Source: Nitrospirales bacterium (lineage in GTDB: Bacteria > Nitrospirota > Nitrospiria > Nitrospirales > UBA8639). Taken from it: 64,000 nt of DNA. Positions 31,414 through 41,874 of this stretch are shown here, piece after piece. Position 1 is the stretch's first letter. Every line of letters starts with the position of its first letter. The position numbers and the translations under genes are program-made. Under the pieces are notes generated by a model. It had not been told where the DNA came from and searched no databases. It saw nothing but the letters and a program-made list of their open reading frames with translations. The stretch is taken from assembly GCA_020027205.1 (NCBI GenBank), contig JAHRAQ010000014.1, positions 8,548 to 72,547 of the forward strand, written 5' to 3'.

Positions 31414-32412
31414 CTACACTACCCCGGCGGCGCGAAGCCGGTACACTTCCACGCATCGGTCGCACGCGCCGTACTCGACGTCCCACCCCGGATGATTGTC
31501 CCTGATATAATCCAGGACGTACGGCTCCACTTTTTCTTCCATGTCTTCCACCCAGGAATAGGTGGGAAAACGACAGAGCGGACAGGGAAACCCCGGCATC
31601 AGCATGGGCTTGGTGGGCACGTCCGGGATCTCGCTTTCCTCGACCTCGACCGCGCGTTCCATGACCCGAATGGTGTCCTGGGCCATTTCGACAAATTCGG
31701 CGTTGGTGAAAAACTCCGTCTGCCAGAGTCCTTCAAACACTGATTCAATCTGCGTGGGCGGCACCTTCCGGTACCAGGAACGAAACTCCCGCAGGCGGTA
31801 TTCCCGGCTGAACATCGGCTCTTTCCCCGACCGCGCAATGCGGCTGTCTACATGCAAACTCCACAGAATGCGGTAGCGATTCAGGATGAGATGCTCTTCG
31901 CCGGGATTCATCCCGACTTTGGTGTCGGGGTCGTAGCCGAACGCCGGATTGAGCATGTCGGAGATATGGGTCAATTCATGCCGCAGATAGCGGTTGATGG
32001 CCGGATCATAAAACCGCCGTGGAATCAGTTTAATCCCGACGCCCTTTTGCCCTTTTTCTTCAAACTGACGCGCCAGTTTCTCCTCGACGGTCCCCCATTT
32101 TCGGAGAATGTCCACGCCTTCCTGATCTTCTTTGAGCACGCCCCGAACAAGCACGATGCCGATTTTTTCCTTCAGATCGTCAAACTCGTTGAACCCGTCT
32201 TTCAGGATGTCGGCAAAGCCCCACTTGGCAAAGAGGTGCTGGTAGAGTTTTTTGAATTCCGGCTCCCGGTCGTCCAGGGAAAACTTTTCATAAATCGGGT
32301 CGGCCAATTCATGAAATTCGTTGTAGTAGGTGGGGTCGCCTTCGCGCTCGGTTTTTTCCGCAAAGGAATCGATGACCTCCTGCAACAACGCCGGTTGGAA
32401 GCGAATGTCCAT
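31414..32412 (-). CDS. Hypothetical protein with HExxH motif and C-terminal CxxC...CxxC zinc-ribbon
   Basis: RHELTHISDM (31966-31980) and CPLCRF...CDRCVEVY; no family recognised; lower GC than the left neighbours. Confidence 0.6.
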   Translation of the reverse strand: MDIRFQPALLQEVIDSFAEKTEREGDPTYYNEFHELADPIYEKFSLDDREPEFKKLYQHLFAKWGFADILKDGFNEFDDLKEKIGIVLVRGVLKEDQEGVDILRKWGTVEEKLARQFEEKGQKGVGIKLIPRRFYDPAINRYLRHELTHISDMLNPAFGYDPDTKVGMNPGEEHLILNRYRILWSLHVDSRIARSGKEPMFSREYRLREFRSWYRKVPPTQIESVFEGLWQTEFFTNAEFVEMAQDTIRVMERAVEVEESEIPDVPTKPMLMPGFPCPLCRFPTYSWVEDMEEKVEPYVLDYIRDNHPGWDVEYGACDRCVEVYRLRAAGVV

Positions 32413-32637
32413 GGTTCTATCCCTTCACGTCTCTCAACGTCATGGGAACGGCGCCCCATCGCCCCATGCGTCGGCCGATGCCCCGGTCATGCCACGCGCC
32501 GCCGTTCCTTGACGGCAGTCGCCACGGCTGGCTACCATGGGCCGCACGCCCTTCGTCGTTTATCATAAGCGGACGGGTGTTCAGACGCAAGGCCCCATGC
32601 TCAATCGCACGCCACGTCCGGTCCGAATGGTCGCCTG

Positions 32638-33741
32638 ATGCATGATCCGTACACCTCATCCCCGCCCGGCGGCCTCGCAAGGCTCACGGAAGTGCCGCAA
32701 CCGGCCCTGCCGCCCATTGACGCTCTGGAATACTGGAACGCCGGCGCGCATGTCGCCAGGACATTTCGAGGACATTCTCACGGCGTCTGGGATGTGGCGT
32801 TGTCCCCCGACGGCGTGACGCTCGCCAGCGTCGGCGCCGACCGCTTCGTGCGCATCTGGGAAATTGAAACGGGACGGCTGCTCAAATCCCTGAAAGGACA
32901 CACCAGCGATATCCGCCAGGTCGAGTTCAGCCCCGACGGCCACACCCTCGCCACGGGCAGCGAAGATCGAACCATACGACTGTGGAACCCGCATACGGGA
33001 GAAACCACCCGCCTGTTGTTCACCCAGTACGATCATGCCGTATGCAGCATCTCGTTTTCTCCGGACGGCCTGATGCTGGCCCGGGCCGGGCAGAATAAAG
33101 ACATCAAAATCTGGGAGATTGCCACCGGGACGGAATTGATGACGCTCCTTGGCAAAGATCAATACGACCATCACTGGACCGTCTGCACGGCATTTTCTCC
33201 CGACGGCCTCCATCTGGTCGGCGGAAGCGACATTGGGAAGTTAAAACTGTACGAAGTCCTGCCCAGCGGAGAAGAGAAACGGGTGCATAACGGCCATTGG
33301 CGTGACGAGCCTAACGATGAAGAAACGGAATACCGGGGGTTTTTTGTCGATGAACATGGCGGGTTTCAAAAGCCCATGGAATACTGGATCGGATCCATTG
33401 CGTTCACGCCCGACGGGCGCACCATGATGACGGGCAGCCGGGACGCCTCGATCAAATATTTTGCCATGCCCGACATGAAAGAACTGCACACCGTGAAAGG
33501 ACACGCCGAATGGGTGCGCGGTTTGCTTGTCTCCCCGGACGGAAAACTCCTGGTGAGTTGCAGTGACGACCACACCATCAAGATGTGGGACATGCAGACC
33601 AGACGGCAGGTGCGCGTACTCACCGACCACCGCGGACCCGTCCGAGGCATTGCCTTTTCTCCGGACGGACGGTATCTCGCCAGCGCGTCATGGGACCGAA
33701 CGGTGAAATTATGGAAGGGCGGAGGCGATGCCGAAGCCTGA
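32638..33741 (+). CDS. WD40-repeat (beta-propeller) protein
   Basis: Repeated GH...VWDVALSPDG / SDIRQVEFSPDG / TIRLWN / IKIWE / TIKMWD / TVKLWK units, about 7 blades. Confidence 0.8.
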   Translation: MHDPYTSSPPGGLARLTEVPQPALPPIDALEYWNAGAHVARTFRGHSHGVWDVALSPDGVTLASVGADRFVRIWEIETGRLLKSLKGHTSDIRQVEFSPDGHTLATGSEDRTIRLWNPHTGETTRLLFTQYDHAVCSISFSPDGLMLARAGQNKDIKIWEIATGTELMTLLGKDQYDHHWTVCTAFSPDGLHLVGGSDIGKLKLYEVLPSGEEKRVHNGHWRDEPNDEETEYRGFFVDEHGGFQKPMEYWIGSIAFTPDGRTMMTGSRDASIKYFAMPDMKELHTVKGHAEWVRGLLVSPDGKLLVSCSDDHTIKMWDMQTRRQVRVLTDHRGPVRGIAFSPDGRYLASASWDRTVKLWKGGGDAEA

Positions 33742-33768
33742 CCGCGCATCGCGCTTGGCCGCCGCATG

Positions 33769-35196
33769 TCAGACAGAGGACTCGACGTCGTCCGGCGTCG
33801 CAATGTCGTACCGTTTACATTTCTCCCACAAGGCTTTCCGCGAGAGGCCCAGGGATTTCGCGGCGACGGAGCGACTCCATCCTTCCCGCGCCAGCACGGA
33901 CAGAATGTACTCCTTTTCGCAACGCTCCCGCACGTCGGCAAGCGTCCCCCGCACGCTCGCGGAAGACGACAACCCTTCCTGACAAAACCCGCATTCGGAT
34001 TGCACGGCCCCTCCAAGCGAAGGGCAATTGGTGTGTCCGCAGAGATCAGCAATCCTGATTTCTTCGCGTTCCCTGGCCAGCACCATGGCCCGTTCAATCG
34101 TATTTTCCAATTCACGAATGTTCCCGGGGAAGGAATACCGGAGCAGAAGTTCCTGGGCCGACGCGGAAAATTTTTTCGCGGCACGCGGCGCCCGTCTCGC
34201 GCTTTGCCGCAAAAATTGATTCGCCAGAATCAGCACGTCTTCCTTGCGCTCTCTCAAAGGGGGCAGGGTCACGGGCATGACGTTTAATCGATAGAACAAA
34301 TCTTCGCGAAATCGTCCGGCTTCAACTTCTTTTTTGAGATCTTTTTGCGTGGCACAGACCAACCGCACGTCGCTTTCAATGGTCTCGCCTCCCCCGACTC
34401 GTTCAAACCGGCGCTCCTGCAACACGCGCAGCAATTTCACCTGCACCACGGGGGACACCTCTCCGATTTCATCCAAAAACAGAGTGCCCTTGTGGGCGAG
34501 TTCAAACCGCCCGAGTCGTTGCTTGACGGCTCCGGTAAAGGCGCCTTTCTCGTGGCCGAACAATTCTGTTTCCAACAGCGTTTCGGGCAATGCCGCACAA
34601 CTGACTTTAATAAACGCCCGGTCGCATCGCGGACTGTTTCGATGGATGGCGTTGGCAATGACTTCTTTTCCGGTTCCGCTTTCGCCCAGCACCAGCACCG
34701 TCGTATCCGTTGTGGCCACCAGTTTGACCTTGTCCAGAATCTGACGCATCTGTTCGTTTTTTCCGACAATCCCGTCGAAATTAAACTGCCCCTCAAGCGC
34801 TTGACGAAGGACCGTATTTTCCTGTCGCAAGTCCTGAACCTCAATGGCCCGGCGCACCGTCAGCAGAAATTCATCCACGGAAAACGGCTTGGTGATATAA
34901 TCATGCGCTCCAAATTTCATGGCCTGCACGGCCGTGTCAACCGACCCGTGCGCGGTCATCACAATGACTTCGGTTTCCGGAGAACACTCCTTGCACATCC
35001 GCACCACTTGCAAACCGTCACTGCCCGGCATTTTCAAATCGGTCACCACCACATCGTAACGGCTCACCCGTGTTTTTTTGAGACCATCCTCGCCATTGGA
35101 CGCCTCCTGGGCCTGATACCCCTCGGCCCGAAGCGCGTCCAGCATGGACAACCGCATGAGCGGCTCATCATCAATAATCAACACCGATCGAGTCAT
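33769..35196 (-). CDS. Sigma54-dependent response regulator (REC + AAA+ + Fis-type HTH, NtrC family)
   Basis: REC domain with DLKMPG; Walker A GESGTGKE; GAFTGA loop (EKGAFTGA); C-terminal HTH AAKSLGLSRKALWEK; extra Cys4 linker. Confidence 0.9.
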   Translation of the reverse strand: MTRSVLIIDDEPLMRLSMLDALRAEGYQAQEASNGEDGLKKTRVSRYDVVVTDLKMPGSDGLQVVRMCKECSPETEVIVMTAHGSVDTAVQAMKFGAHDYITKPFSVDEFLLTVRRAIEVQDLRQENTVLRQALEGQFNFDGIVGKNEQMRQILDKVKLVATTDTTVLVLGESGTGKEVIANAIHRNSPRCDRAFIKVSCAALPETLLETELFGHEKGAFTGAVKQRLGRFELAHKGTLFLDEIGEVSPVVQVKLLRVLQERRFERVGGGETIESDVRLVCATQKDLKKEVEAGRFREDLFYRLNVMPVTLPPLRERKEDVLILANQFLRQSARRAPRAAKKFSASAQELLLRYSFPGNIRELENTIERAMVLAREREEIRIADLCGHTNCPSLGGAVQSECGFCQEGLSSSASVRGTLADVRERCEKEYILSVLAREGWSRSVAAKSLGLSRKALWEKCKRYDIATPDDVESSV

Positions 35197-37592
35197 CCGG
35201 AGACCTTCTCCATTGCCGCCCGGTTTGCGCTCAAGGGAAGACTCACGGTGAAAACGGTGCCCTTGCCCACTTCGCTCTCCACGGTCAACTTCCCGCCATG
35301 GCGTTCAACAATACCCAAACTTACCGACAAGCCCAGGCCCGTCCCTTCACCCGTGCCCTTCGTGGTAAAAAACGGGTCAAAAATATGCGGGCGCGCTTCA
35401 GGAGGAATACCCGCCCCGGTATCGGCCACGTCAATCTCGCAATGGCCATTGACCGTTCTGGTGCGGAGGGTGATGGATCCCCCCGCTTCGGTCGCCTGCA
35501 CGGCGTTGAGAATCAAATTGGTTAACACCTGCTCAATCATCTGCGGGTCGACAAACAGCGGCGGCAGGCTATTTTCTGCGATTTCGCGCAACCGAAGACC
35601 TTTCCGGTCAATCACATGATTCGTCAAGGCCAGCACACGACCGACCAACCCGTTCAGATCATTCATGGAAAATTCGGGATCCCGTTGTTGGGAAAAATCC
35701 AGTAATTGACGAATGATCTTTTGAGCGCGCCGCAGCCCGTCTTCCATGTCCATGAAATACTTTTCCTGACGTTCAGCCGACAACATCCCCTTCCGCATAT
35801 TATGAAGACAATTCAAAATTCCCCCCAGGGGATTGTTGATTTCATGCGCCACGCCGGCGGCCAGTTTGCCGACCGAGACAAGGCGCTCGGTGTTTCGAAA
35901 TTGCTGTTCCATGAGTTTGCGGTCGGTAATATCCCGCGCGATGCCCAGCACGCCGTGCCGTTCGTTGTCCAGCGGAGAAACGCTGACAAGCACCGACCGA
36001 AGCCCTCCTGTCCGACTGATCACTTCCACTTCATATTCCTGCTTCACTTTCATCTCAAGAATATCTTTCAGGCGGCGCCCACGCTGGCGCTTTGCGACCA
36101 GGGACAGAAACGGCCGGCCCAGCAGATCCTCTTTGCGATACCCCCAATTTTCCACTTTGCCGTTCACATAGGTAAAACATTGATCGTGATCGAGGGTATA
36201 AATCACATCGTTGGCGTTTTCGAGAAGACTTTCCAGATACGTTTGCGTTTCCCGTATCTCGCGCGTCCTGTCCCGCACCTTCGCCTCCAACTCTTCGCTG
36301 TGACGCTGGAGCCGCTTTTCTGATTCGGAAAGTTGTTTGGTCTGGGCGGCCACTTCCTGTTTCAACTGAACGGTGTGCCGGTCAATCTGCCGTTGCATGG
36401 TGTTGAACGCCTCGGCAAGCGTTTCAATTTCATCGCCGGTCTTCACCACCAGGGGATACTCCAGATTCCCGCTGCCAATCCGCTTCACGCCTTCATGCAG
36501 GGTTTGAATCGGGCTCATAATTTTTCGAGCCACAACAAGCCCCGCCAGCCACAAAATGCCGAACACCACGACGCCGTACATCGCAATCTTCACCAGCAAA
36601 TGCCGCAAGGGAGCATAGGTCTCCTCCGGATTCTGACGCACAATTGTCAGCCATTGTCTGCCGCGAAAACTTTCCGGCGCCAGCGTTTCCTGAATCCTTA
36701 AATGAGCATACCCGACCAATGAATCCCGCGCGCCATGGGTATCGCGATTCACCTGCACCCATCCGGCCTGATCCCCGTTCACGGCGGCCACCATGGCCGG
36801 GGGCACGGTGTGCTGTTCCAGCGACAACACCGGACAGATCAAGGGCACCCCGGCGGTATCCATGAGCATGGCGTGACCGGTCACGCCGGCCGTCACTTCT
36901 GAAATTGAACGGAACAATGAATCCCGTCGCAACATAATACTTACGGTCCCCAACGTCCGCCGGGGATTGTGATCAACGATAGGCACCACCACGTTCAGTA
37001 CATGCGTACCGAAGGACGGCTCGAAGGTGAGATCGCTCACGTAAATTTGACCACGGCCCTGATGCAACGCCGAAGCCCACCATTCCGAGTCGCCATAATA
37101 AAATTTGACCTGCGGCAACGAACTGAGGACCAGCGCCCCCTGACTATCGGTCACCACAATACCCAAGTAGTCGGACTTCCTGACGGCATGCCAGTCCACA
37201 AGATACTTGGTCGCAATACGATTGACGAAGGCGGGAAATTCACGGGGATTGGTTCGCGAACGCCAGCGCGCTTCCCATTCTTCGATAAAAGCCCTGATGG
37301 AATCCGGCTCTCTCCCTTCATAACTGCGATTGGCATTTTTGACCGCCGTTCGAATAAAGGGAATAGTGGCTAACTGTTGCGCCTCATTAATGCCGCGCAG
37401 GATTTGCGTCTCGATTTTTCTCGCGACTTCAACCGCAATGCCCTTGAAATTGGACCCCGTGGTTTCCCGAAGCGCCTGACGTTCTTCTCTATAGGCAAGA
37501 CCTAACGAAAGAGTCAGCGGAAGGAGTCCAACCAGCACCATGCCTAAAATCGTTTTGCGCTGGAGGCTATGTGACCAAATCCATCGTTTCAT
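35193..37592 (-). CDS. Sensor histidine kinase (TM, Cache-like periplasmic region, HAMP, coiled coil, PAS, HisKA, HATPase_c)
   Basis: H-box AAGVAHEINNPLGGI; N/G boxes LNAVQAT, DTGAGIP, GTGLGLS; ATGA overlap with the regulator start. Confidence 0.85.
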   Translation of the reverse strand: MKRWIWSHSLQRKTILGMVLVGLLPLTLSLGLAYREERQALRETTGSNFKGIAVEVARKIETQILRGINEAQQLATIPFIRTAVKNANRSYEGREPDSIRAFIEEWEARWRSRTNPREFPAFVNRIATKYLVDWHAVRKSDYLGIVVTDSQGALVLSSLPQVKFYYGDSEWWASALHQGRGQIYVSDLTFEPSFGTHVLNVVVPIVDHNPRRTLGTVSIMLRRDSLFRSISEVTAGVTGHAMLMDTAGVPLICPVLSLEQHTVPPAMVAAVNGDQAGWVQVNRDTHGARDSLVGYAHLRIQETLAPESFRGRQWLTIVRQNPEETYAPLRHLLVKIAMYGVVVFGILWLAGLVVARKIMSPIQTLHEGVKRIGSGNLEYPLVVKTGDEIETLAEAFNTMQRQIDRHTVQLKQEVAAQTKQLSESEKRLQRHSEELEAKVRDRTREIRETQTYLESLLENANDVIYTLDHDQCFTYVNGKVENWGYRKEDLLGRPFLSLVAKRQRGRRLKDILEMKVKQEYEVEVISRTGGLRSVLVSVSPLDNERHGVLGIARDITDRKLMEQQFRNTERLVSVGKLAAGVAHEINNPLGGILNCLHNMRKGMLSAERQEKYFMDMEDGLRRAQKIIRQLLDFSQQRDPEFSMNDLNGLVGRVLALTNHVIDRKGLRLREIAENSLPPLFVDPQMIEQVLTNLILNAVQATEAGGSITLRTRTVNGHCEIDVADTGAGIPPEARPHIFDPFFTTKGTGEGTGLGLSVSLGIVERHGGKLTVESEVGKGTVFTVSLPLSANRAAMEKVSG

Positions 37593-37683
37593 TTCGGGAA
37601 CAACCCCAAAAGATGGACGGCTTCTGACGCGGGCATGTTCGAAAAAACTCTTTCAGGAGCGCCCGGTCCCTGTCAAGAAGGCC

Positions 37684-38607
37684 TCATGCGGCCCCCCGAC
37701 CGAACAGGCGCCCTGCCCCGCCCGGCCACACACACAGGAGCGGACTGGCCACAAACACGGAGGAATACGTCCCGATAAGCACCCCCAGTAACAACGCAAG
37801 AGCAAAATCGTGGAGCACCTCGCCCCCAAAGATCGTCAGAGGTACCAGGACCAGCACCACTGTCAGGGTCGTGACCAGCGTGCGGCTGAGCACCTGATTG
37901 ATGCCGTTATTGATAATGGTCGTGATGGGATCACGGCGGCGGATGCGAAGATTTTCCCGAATGCGGTCAAAGACAACGACAGAGTCGGTGAGAGAATAGC
38001 CGGCGAGGGTCAGCAACGCCGTCACGACCATGATCGTAATTTCCTTGTCCAGCAGGTAATAGCATCCCAGGACGGTCAGCACGTCATGAAAAGTCGCAAT
38101 CGCCGCGGCCACGCCAAACCGCAACTCAAACCGCGTCGCGACATAGAGAATGATCCCAATAAAAGAAATGGCAATGGCCAGCAGCGCATCCTGCTGAAGA
38201 CGGCTCCCGATCGTCGGGCCGATGGCCGTGCTCGCCTCAAGAACAAATTGGTTATGCGGAAATTCCCGCTCAAAGGCGCGCACGATTCTTTCCGCAATTT
38301 TTTGTTCAAGCGTATCGTCCGTCTTCATGCGAATCAGGAGCGTGTTATCCGTGGTAAACTCCTGAAGTTCCGCGTCACCCAATTTATGCTTTCCAAGAGC
38401 CTGACGGGCTTGCTCAATCTCAATGGCCTCTTCAAATTTTAACTGGACGGCCGTGCCGCCGGAAAAATCAATCCCAAGGTTGGCCGCCCCTCTCCCAATC
38501 TGAACAACGGCGACCAATCCGATCAGCACCAGCAGACCGGAAACGCCAAAGGCAATGTGACGTTTCCCCATGAAGTCAATGTTTGTTTTCCCGATAATTT
38601 CCAACAT
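37684..38607 (-). CDS. secF: Protein translocase subunit SecF
   Basis: GIDFSGGT, six TM helices, FDRIREN motif. Confidence 0.9.
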   Translation of the reverse strand: MLEIIGKTNIDFMGKRHIAFGVSGLLVLIGLVAVVQIGRGAANLGIDFSGGTAVQLKFEEAIEIEQARQALGKHKLGDAELQEFTTDNTLLIRMKTDDTLEQKIAERIVRAFEREFPHNQFVLEASTAIGPTIGSRLQQDALLAIAISFIGIILYVATRFELRFGVAAAIATFHDVLTVLGCYYLLDKEITIMVVTALLTLAGYSLTDSVVVFDRIRENLRIRRRDPITTIINNGINQVLSRTLVTTLTVVLVLVPLTIFGGEVLHDFALALLLGVLIGTYSSVFVASPLLCVWPGGAGRLFGRGAA

Positions 38608-38625
38608 TGCCGTCCCCCGAATATG

Positions 38626-40266
38626 TTAAATGCTCAACCGTTCACGCTTGCGACGATTGATGAAATCAAAGACGACCTTGGTCCCGATCAATGCGGTGAC
38701 AAGATTAATCCCTATCCCCAGACACAGGGTCACGGCAAACCCTTTGATAGGCCCGGTCCCGAACAAAAACAGCGCCAGTCCGGTAATCAGGATGGTCACG
38801 TGAGAATCAACAATGGTCAGGAAGGCTTTCTCGTACCCGGCATCCACTGCTAATCGAACGGGGCGTCCCTGGCGAAGTTCCTCACGAATGCGTTCAAAAA
38901 TTAAAATGTTGGAATCCACCCCCATCCCGATGGTCAAAATAATCCCGGCGATGCCCGGCAACGTCAGCGTGGCATTGAGTCCCGACAACGCCCCCAGCAA
39001 ACAGAGAAGATTCAAGACCAGGGCCGCATCGGCGATCAAGCCGGACACCCGGTAGTAGAGCACCATAAAAATCAACACAATACCTCCGGCGATCATGGTG
39101 GTCTTCAGCCCCTTCTCAATGGAATCCCGGCCCAACGAAGGGCCCACCGTCAGATCCTGCACCATTTTCATGGGCGCGGGAAGCGCGCCGGCCCGCAGGA
39201 CAATCGCCAGATCATTTGCCTCGTCCGTCGTGAAGTTCCCGGTAATCTGTGCGCGCCCGCCGAGAATAGGCTCATTGATGCGGGGGGCCGAATAAATCGT
39301 GCCATCCAGGACAATGGCCATAAACTTCCCCACGTTATCGGTGGTCACGTGCCCGAATGCTTTCGCGCCTTTGCTGCCGAACGTGACGCCCACATACGTT
39401 TCATTAAATTCGGTGTAATTGACACGCGCGTCTTGCAGCACGTCCCCGGTCAAGACCGCCGCTTTGCGAACGAGTCGAGGCCGGCTCAACACCGGAAGCC
39501 CCTCCCGCTCGTCCTGAATGGATTCAAACAAAATTTCCGACCCTTCGGGCACCTTGTCAGAAAATTCCTCCAACATGCGCCGCTCCTCATTCCGATTGAT
39601 CTGGAGAGGCAGCCCAAGTCCGGCTTCATTTTCCTCGTCAATCATCCTGAATTCCAGCAAGGCGGTGTCCTGGATCAATTTTTTCGCGCGCTCGGAATCG
39701 CTGACTCCGGGAAGTTGAATGACAATTTCCGTTCTTCCCTGACGCTGCAACAACGGTTCCGTGACGCCAAATTGATCGATTCGATTTCGAATCGTTTCCA
39801 ATGCCTGATTAATGGCGGCGTTTTTGACGCGAGTCACTTCAGATTCAAGCAATTCAAAGACAAGGATACGATGGTCCGTGGAAGCCCTGAAATACGAGGG
39901 AAACTCCTCACGAATCAACGCGGCCACCGGTTCAACCTGATCTTCTTCCGCCAGTTCAAGTTGAATTTGAACGCTGCCGATTCGCTCAACGGTGACAACG
40001 GCATTATTCTGTTCGGCTAAAAATTCCTGCATTGATTTGACAACACGGTCAACGGCAATCTCGACGGCCCGGTCCTCTTCCACTTCCAACACCAGATGGA
40101 TGCCACCCTGTAAATCAAGGCCAAGCGAGACACCACGGGGAGGAAACACCAATTTCGCGCCGTCCGGAATTCGATCATACAATCCCGGCCAGGAGGGAAT
40201 AAACAGATAGATCGACGCCAGGGACAGAAACAGGATAAGGAGCAGACGGTTGCGAATTTTTTTCAT
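38626..40266 (-). CDS. secD: Protein translocase subunit SecD
   Basis: LGLDLQGGIHLVLEV, large periplasmic domain, GIAGIILTIGMGVDSNILIFERIREE. Confidence 0.9.
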   Translation of the reverse strand: MKKIRNRLLLILFLSLASIYLFIPSWPGLYDRIPDGAKLVFPPRGVSLGLDLQGGIHLVLEVEEDRAVEIAVDRVVKSMQEFLAEQNNAVVTVERIGSVQIQLELAEEDQVEPVAALIREEFPSYFRASTDHRILVFELLESEVTRVKNAAINQALETIRNRIDQFGVTEPLLQRQGRTEIVIQLPGVSDSERAKKLIQDTALLEFRMIDEENEAGLGLPLQINRNEERRMLEEFSDKVPEGSEILFESIQDEREGLPVLSRPRLVRKAAVLTGDVLQDARVNYTEFNETYVGVTFGSKGAKAFGHVTTDNVGKFMAIVLDGTIYSAPRINEPILGGRAQITGNFTTDEANDLAIVLRAGALPAPMKMVQDLTVGPSLGRDSIEKGLKTTMIAGGIVLIFMVLYYRVSGLIADAALVLNLLCLLGALSGLNATLTLPGIAGIILTIGMGVDSNILIFERIREELRQGRPVRLAVDAGYEKAFLTIVDSHVTILITGLALFLFGTGPIKGFAVTLCLGIGINLVTALIGTKVVFDFINRRKRERLSI

Positions 40267-40284
40267 CGTGCTTTCTCCGGCGCG

Positions 40285-40605
40285 CTATCCTTCGTCGTTC
40301 GTCCGCAACTGCGCCACATACTCGCGCTGAACTTTGATTTTCGTATTATCGTCAATCTGCACGGTGACGGTGTCTTTGTCCAGCCGCGTGATGGAACCCC
40401 ATATGCCGGAAGACAGGATAATCCTGTCCCCTTTTTTTAACTTGCTTAACATTTCCTTCTGTCGTTTTTGTTTTTTCTGCTGGGGCAGGATCAGGAGAAA
40501 ATAAAACACCGCAAAAATCAAAACAAACGGCGCCAGCGACAACAGCCCCGCCGACCCCTCCGATGATCCTCCTGCCTGCGCCCACGCGATTGCGGCAATT
40601 CCCAT
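40285..40605 (-). CDS. yajC: Preprotein translocase subunit YajC
   Basis: Single TM then LLILPQQKKQKRQKEMLSKLKKGDRI..SGIWGSI; position between tgt and secD. Confidence 0.85.
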   Translation of the reverse strand: MGIAAIAWAQAGGSSEGSAGLLSLAPFVLIFAVFYFLLILPQQKKQKRQKEMLSKLKKGDRIILSSGIWGSITRLDKDTVTVQIDDNTKIKVQREYVAQLRTNDEG

Positions 40606-40606
40606 T

Positions 40607-41794
40607 TTAACAATCCTTTCCCTGTGAAACGTCCACCGGCCGGCAACGATGACCGTCTTCCATCAGCCGCACATAGGCACGGCTACGCACACAGTCACGA
40701 CGTTGCTGATAGAACCGCCGGCGAAACGCGAGAAATTCTCCGCCCTGAATCGCCGAACGCATCTCGGCCATCAGGGTTCGATAATACCAAAGATTATGAA
40801 TGGTATTAAACCGTACGCCCAACATTTCATTTGAGACAAACAAATGCCGCAAGTAGGCACGGGAATACTTCCGACAGACGTCACAACCGCATTGTTCATC
40901 AATCGGAGATTCATCCTTTGCGTATTGAGCCTGCTTGATCACAATCCTTCCCCGATTCGTGAACAAACATCCTGTCCGCCCATGTCGCGACGGCATCACG
41001 CAATCAAACAAATCCATGCCGCGCATGACGCCTTCAACCAAGTCTTCGGGAAGACCGACGCCCATCAGGTAACGCGGGTGAGAACACGGCAGTTCGTCCA
41101 CTGACGCTTCAACCATGGCAAACAGGGCGGGCTTTGATTCTCCCAACGACAAACCGCCGATGGCATACCCGTCAAATCCGACTTCCACCAACTCGCGGGC
41201 CGACTGACGACGGAGATCGACATCCAGCGCTCCCTGCACAATACCAAACAATGCCTGGTGGCGGCCACGGGAAGCCAGAACACACCGTTTCGCCCACTGC
41301 GTTGTTCGCGCCACCGCGGCACGAGCCTGTTCCTTTGAACAGGACGGGGTCGGACATTCATCCAAGGCCATCATAATGTCTGCCCCCAGGGCCATCTGGA
41401 TTTCCATGCACAATTCTGGGGTCAAATGGTGCGTTGAGCCATCCAAATGAGATTGAAAGACAATGCCCTCATCCGTAATCGTACGCAACGCCGCAAGGCT
41501 GATCAACTGAAAACCGCCGCTATCGGTTAGAATCGAACCATTCCACCCGGTAAATTGATGGAGCCCGCCTTGTTCCCGAATGGCATGATGACCGGGTCGC
41601 AAGTACAAATGATAGGCATTACTTAACATTAACTCGAAACCCAGCCCCCGCAACTCATCGGGTGCGATACCCTTGACCGTGCCCAATGTCCCGACGGGCA
41701 TAAACGCCGGCGTGTCGACTGTTCCGTGAACAGTGGACAGAACGGCGGATCGAGCCGCACAGTCGAGGTCATGCCTGACAACGGAAAAGTCCAT
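40607..41794 (-). CDS. tgt: tRNA-guanine transglycosylase (queuine tRNA-ribosyltransferase)
   Basis: TPAFMPVGTLGTVKG...LSNAYHLYLRPG...TDSGGFQ...zinc site CGCDVC...H; start at MDFSVV (41794). Confidence 0.9.
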   Translation of the reverse strand: MDFSVVRHDLDCAARSAVLSTVHGTVDTPAFMPVGTLGTVKGIAPDELRGLGFELMLSNAYHLYLRPGHHAIREQGGLHQFTGWNGSILTDSGGFQLISLAALRTITDEGIVFQSHLDGSTHHLTPELCMEIQMALGADIMMALDECPTPSCSKEQARAAVARTTQWAKRCVLASRGRHQALFGIVQGALDVDLRRQSARELVEVGFDGYAIGGLSLGESKPALFAMVEASVDELPCSHPRYLMGVGLPEDLVEGVMRGMDLFDCVMPSRHGRTGCLFTNRGRIVIKQAQYAKDESPIDEQCGCDVCRKYSRAYLRHLFVSNEMLGVRFNTIHNLWYYRTLMAEMRSAIQGGEFLAFRRRFYQQRRDCVRSRAYVRLMEDGHRCRPVDVSQGKDC

Positions 41795-41874
41795 TACAAA
41801 AAAGGGATACCCGGCAAAGGGGCACATTTCGCCATAGAACCATCACGCGGAAGGGTATGCGGTCCGGGAACGTC

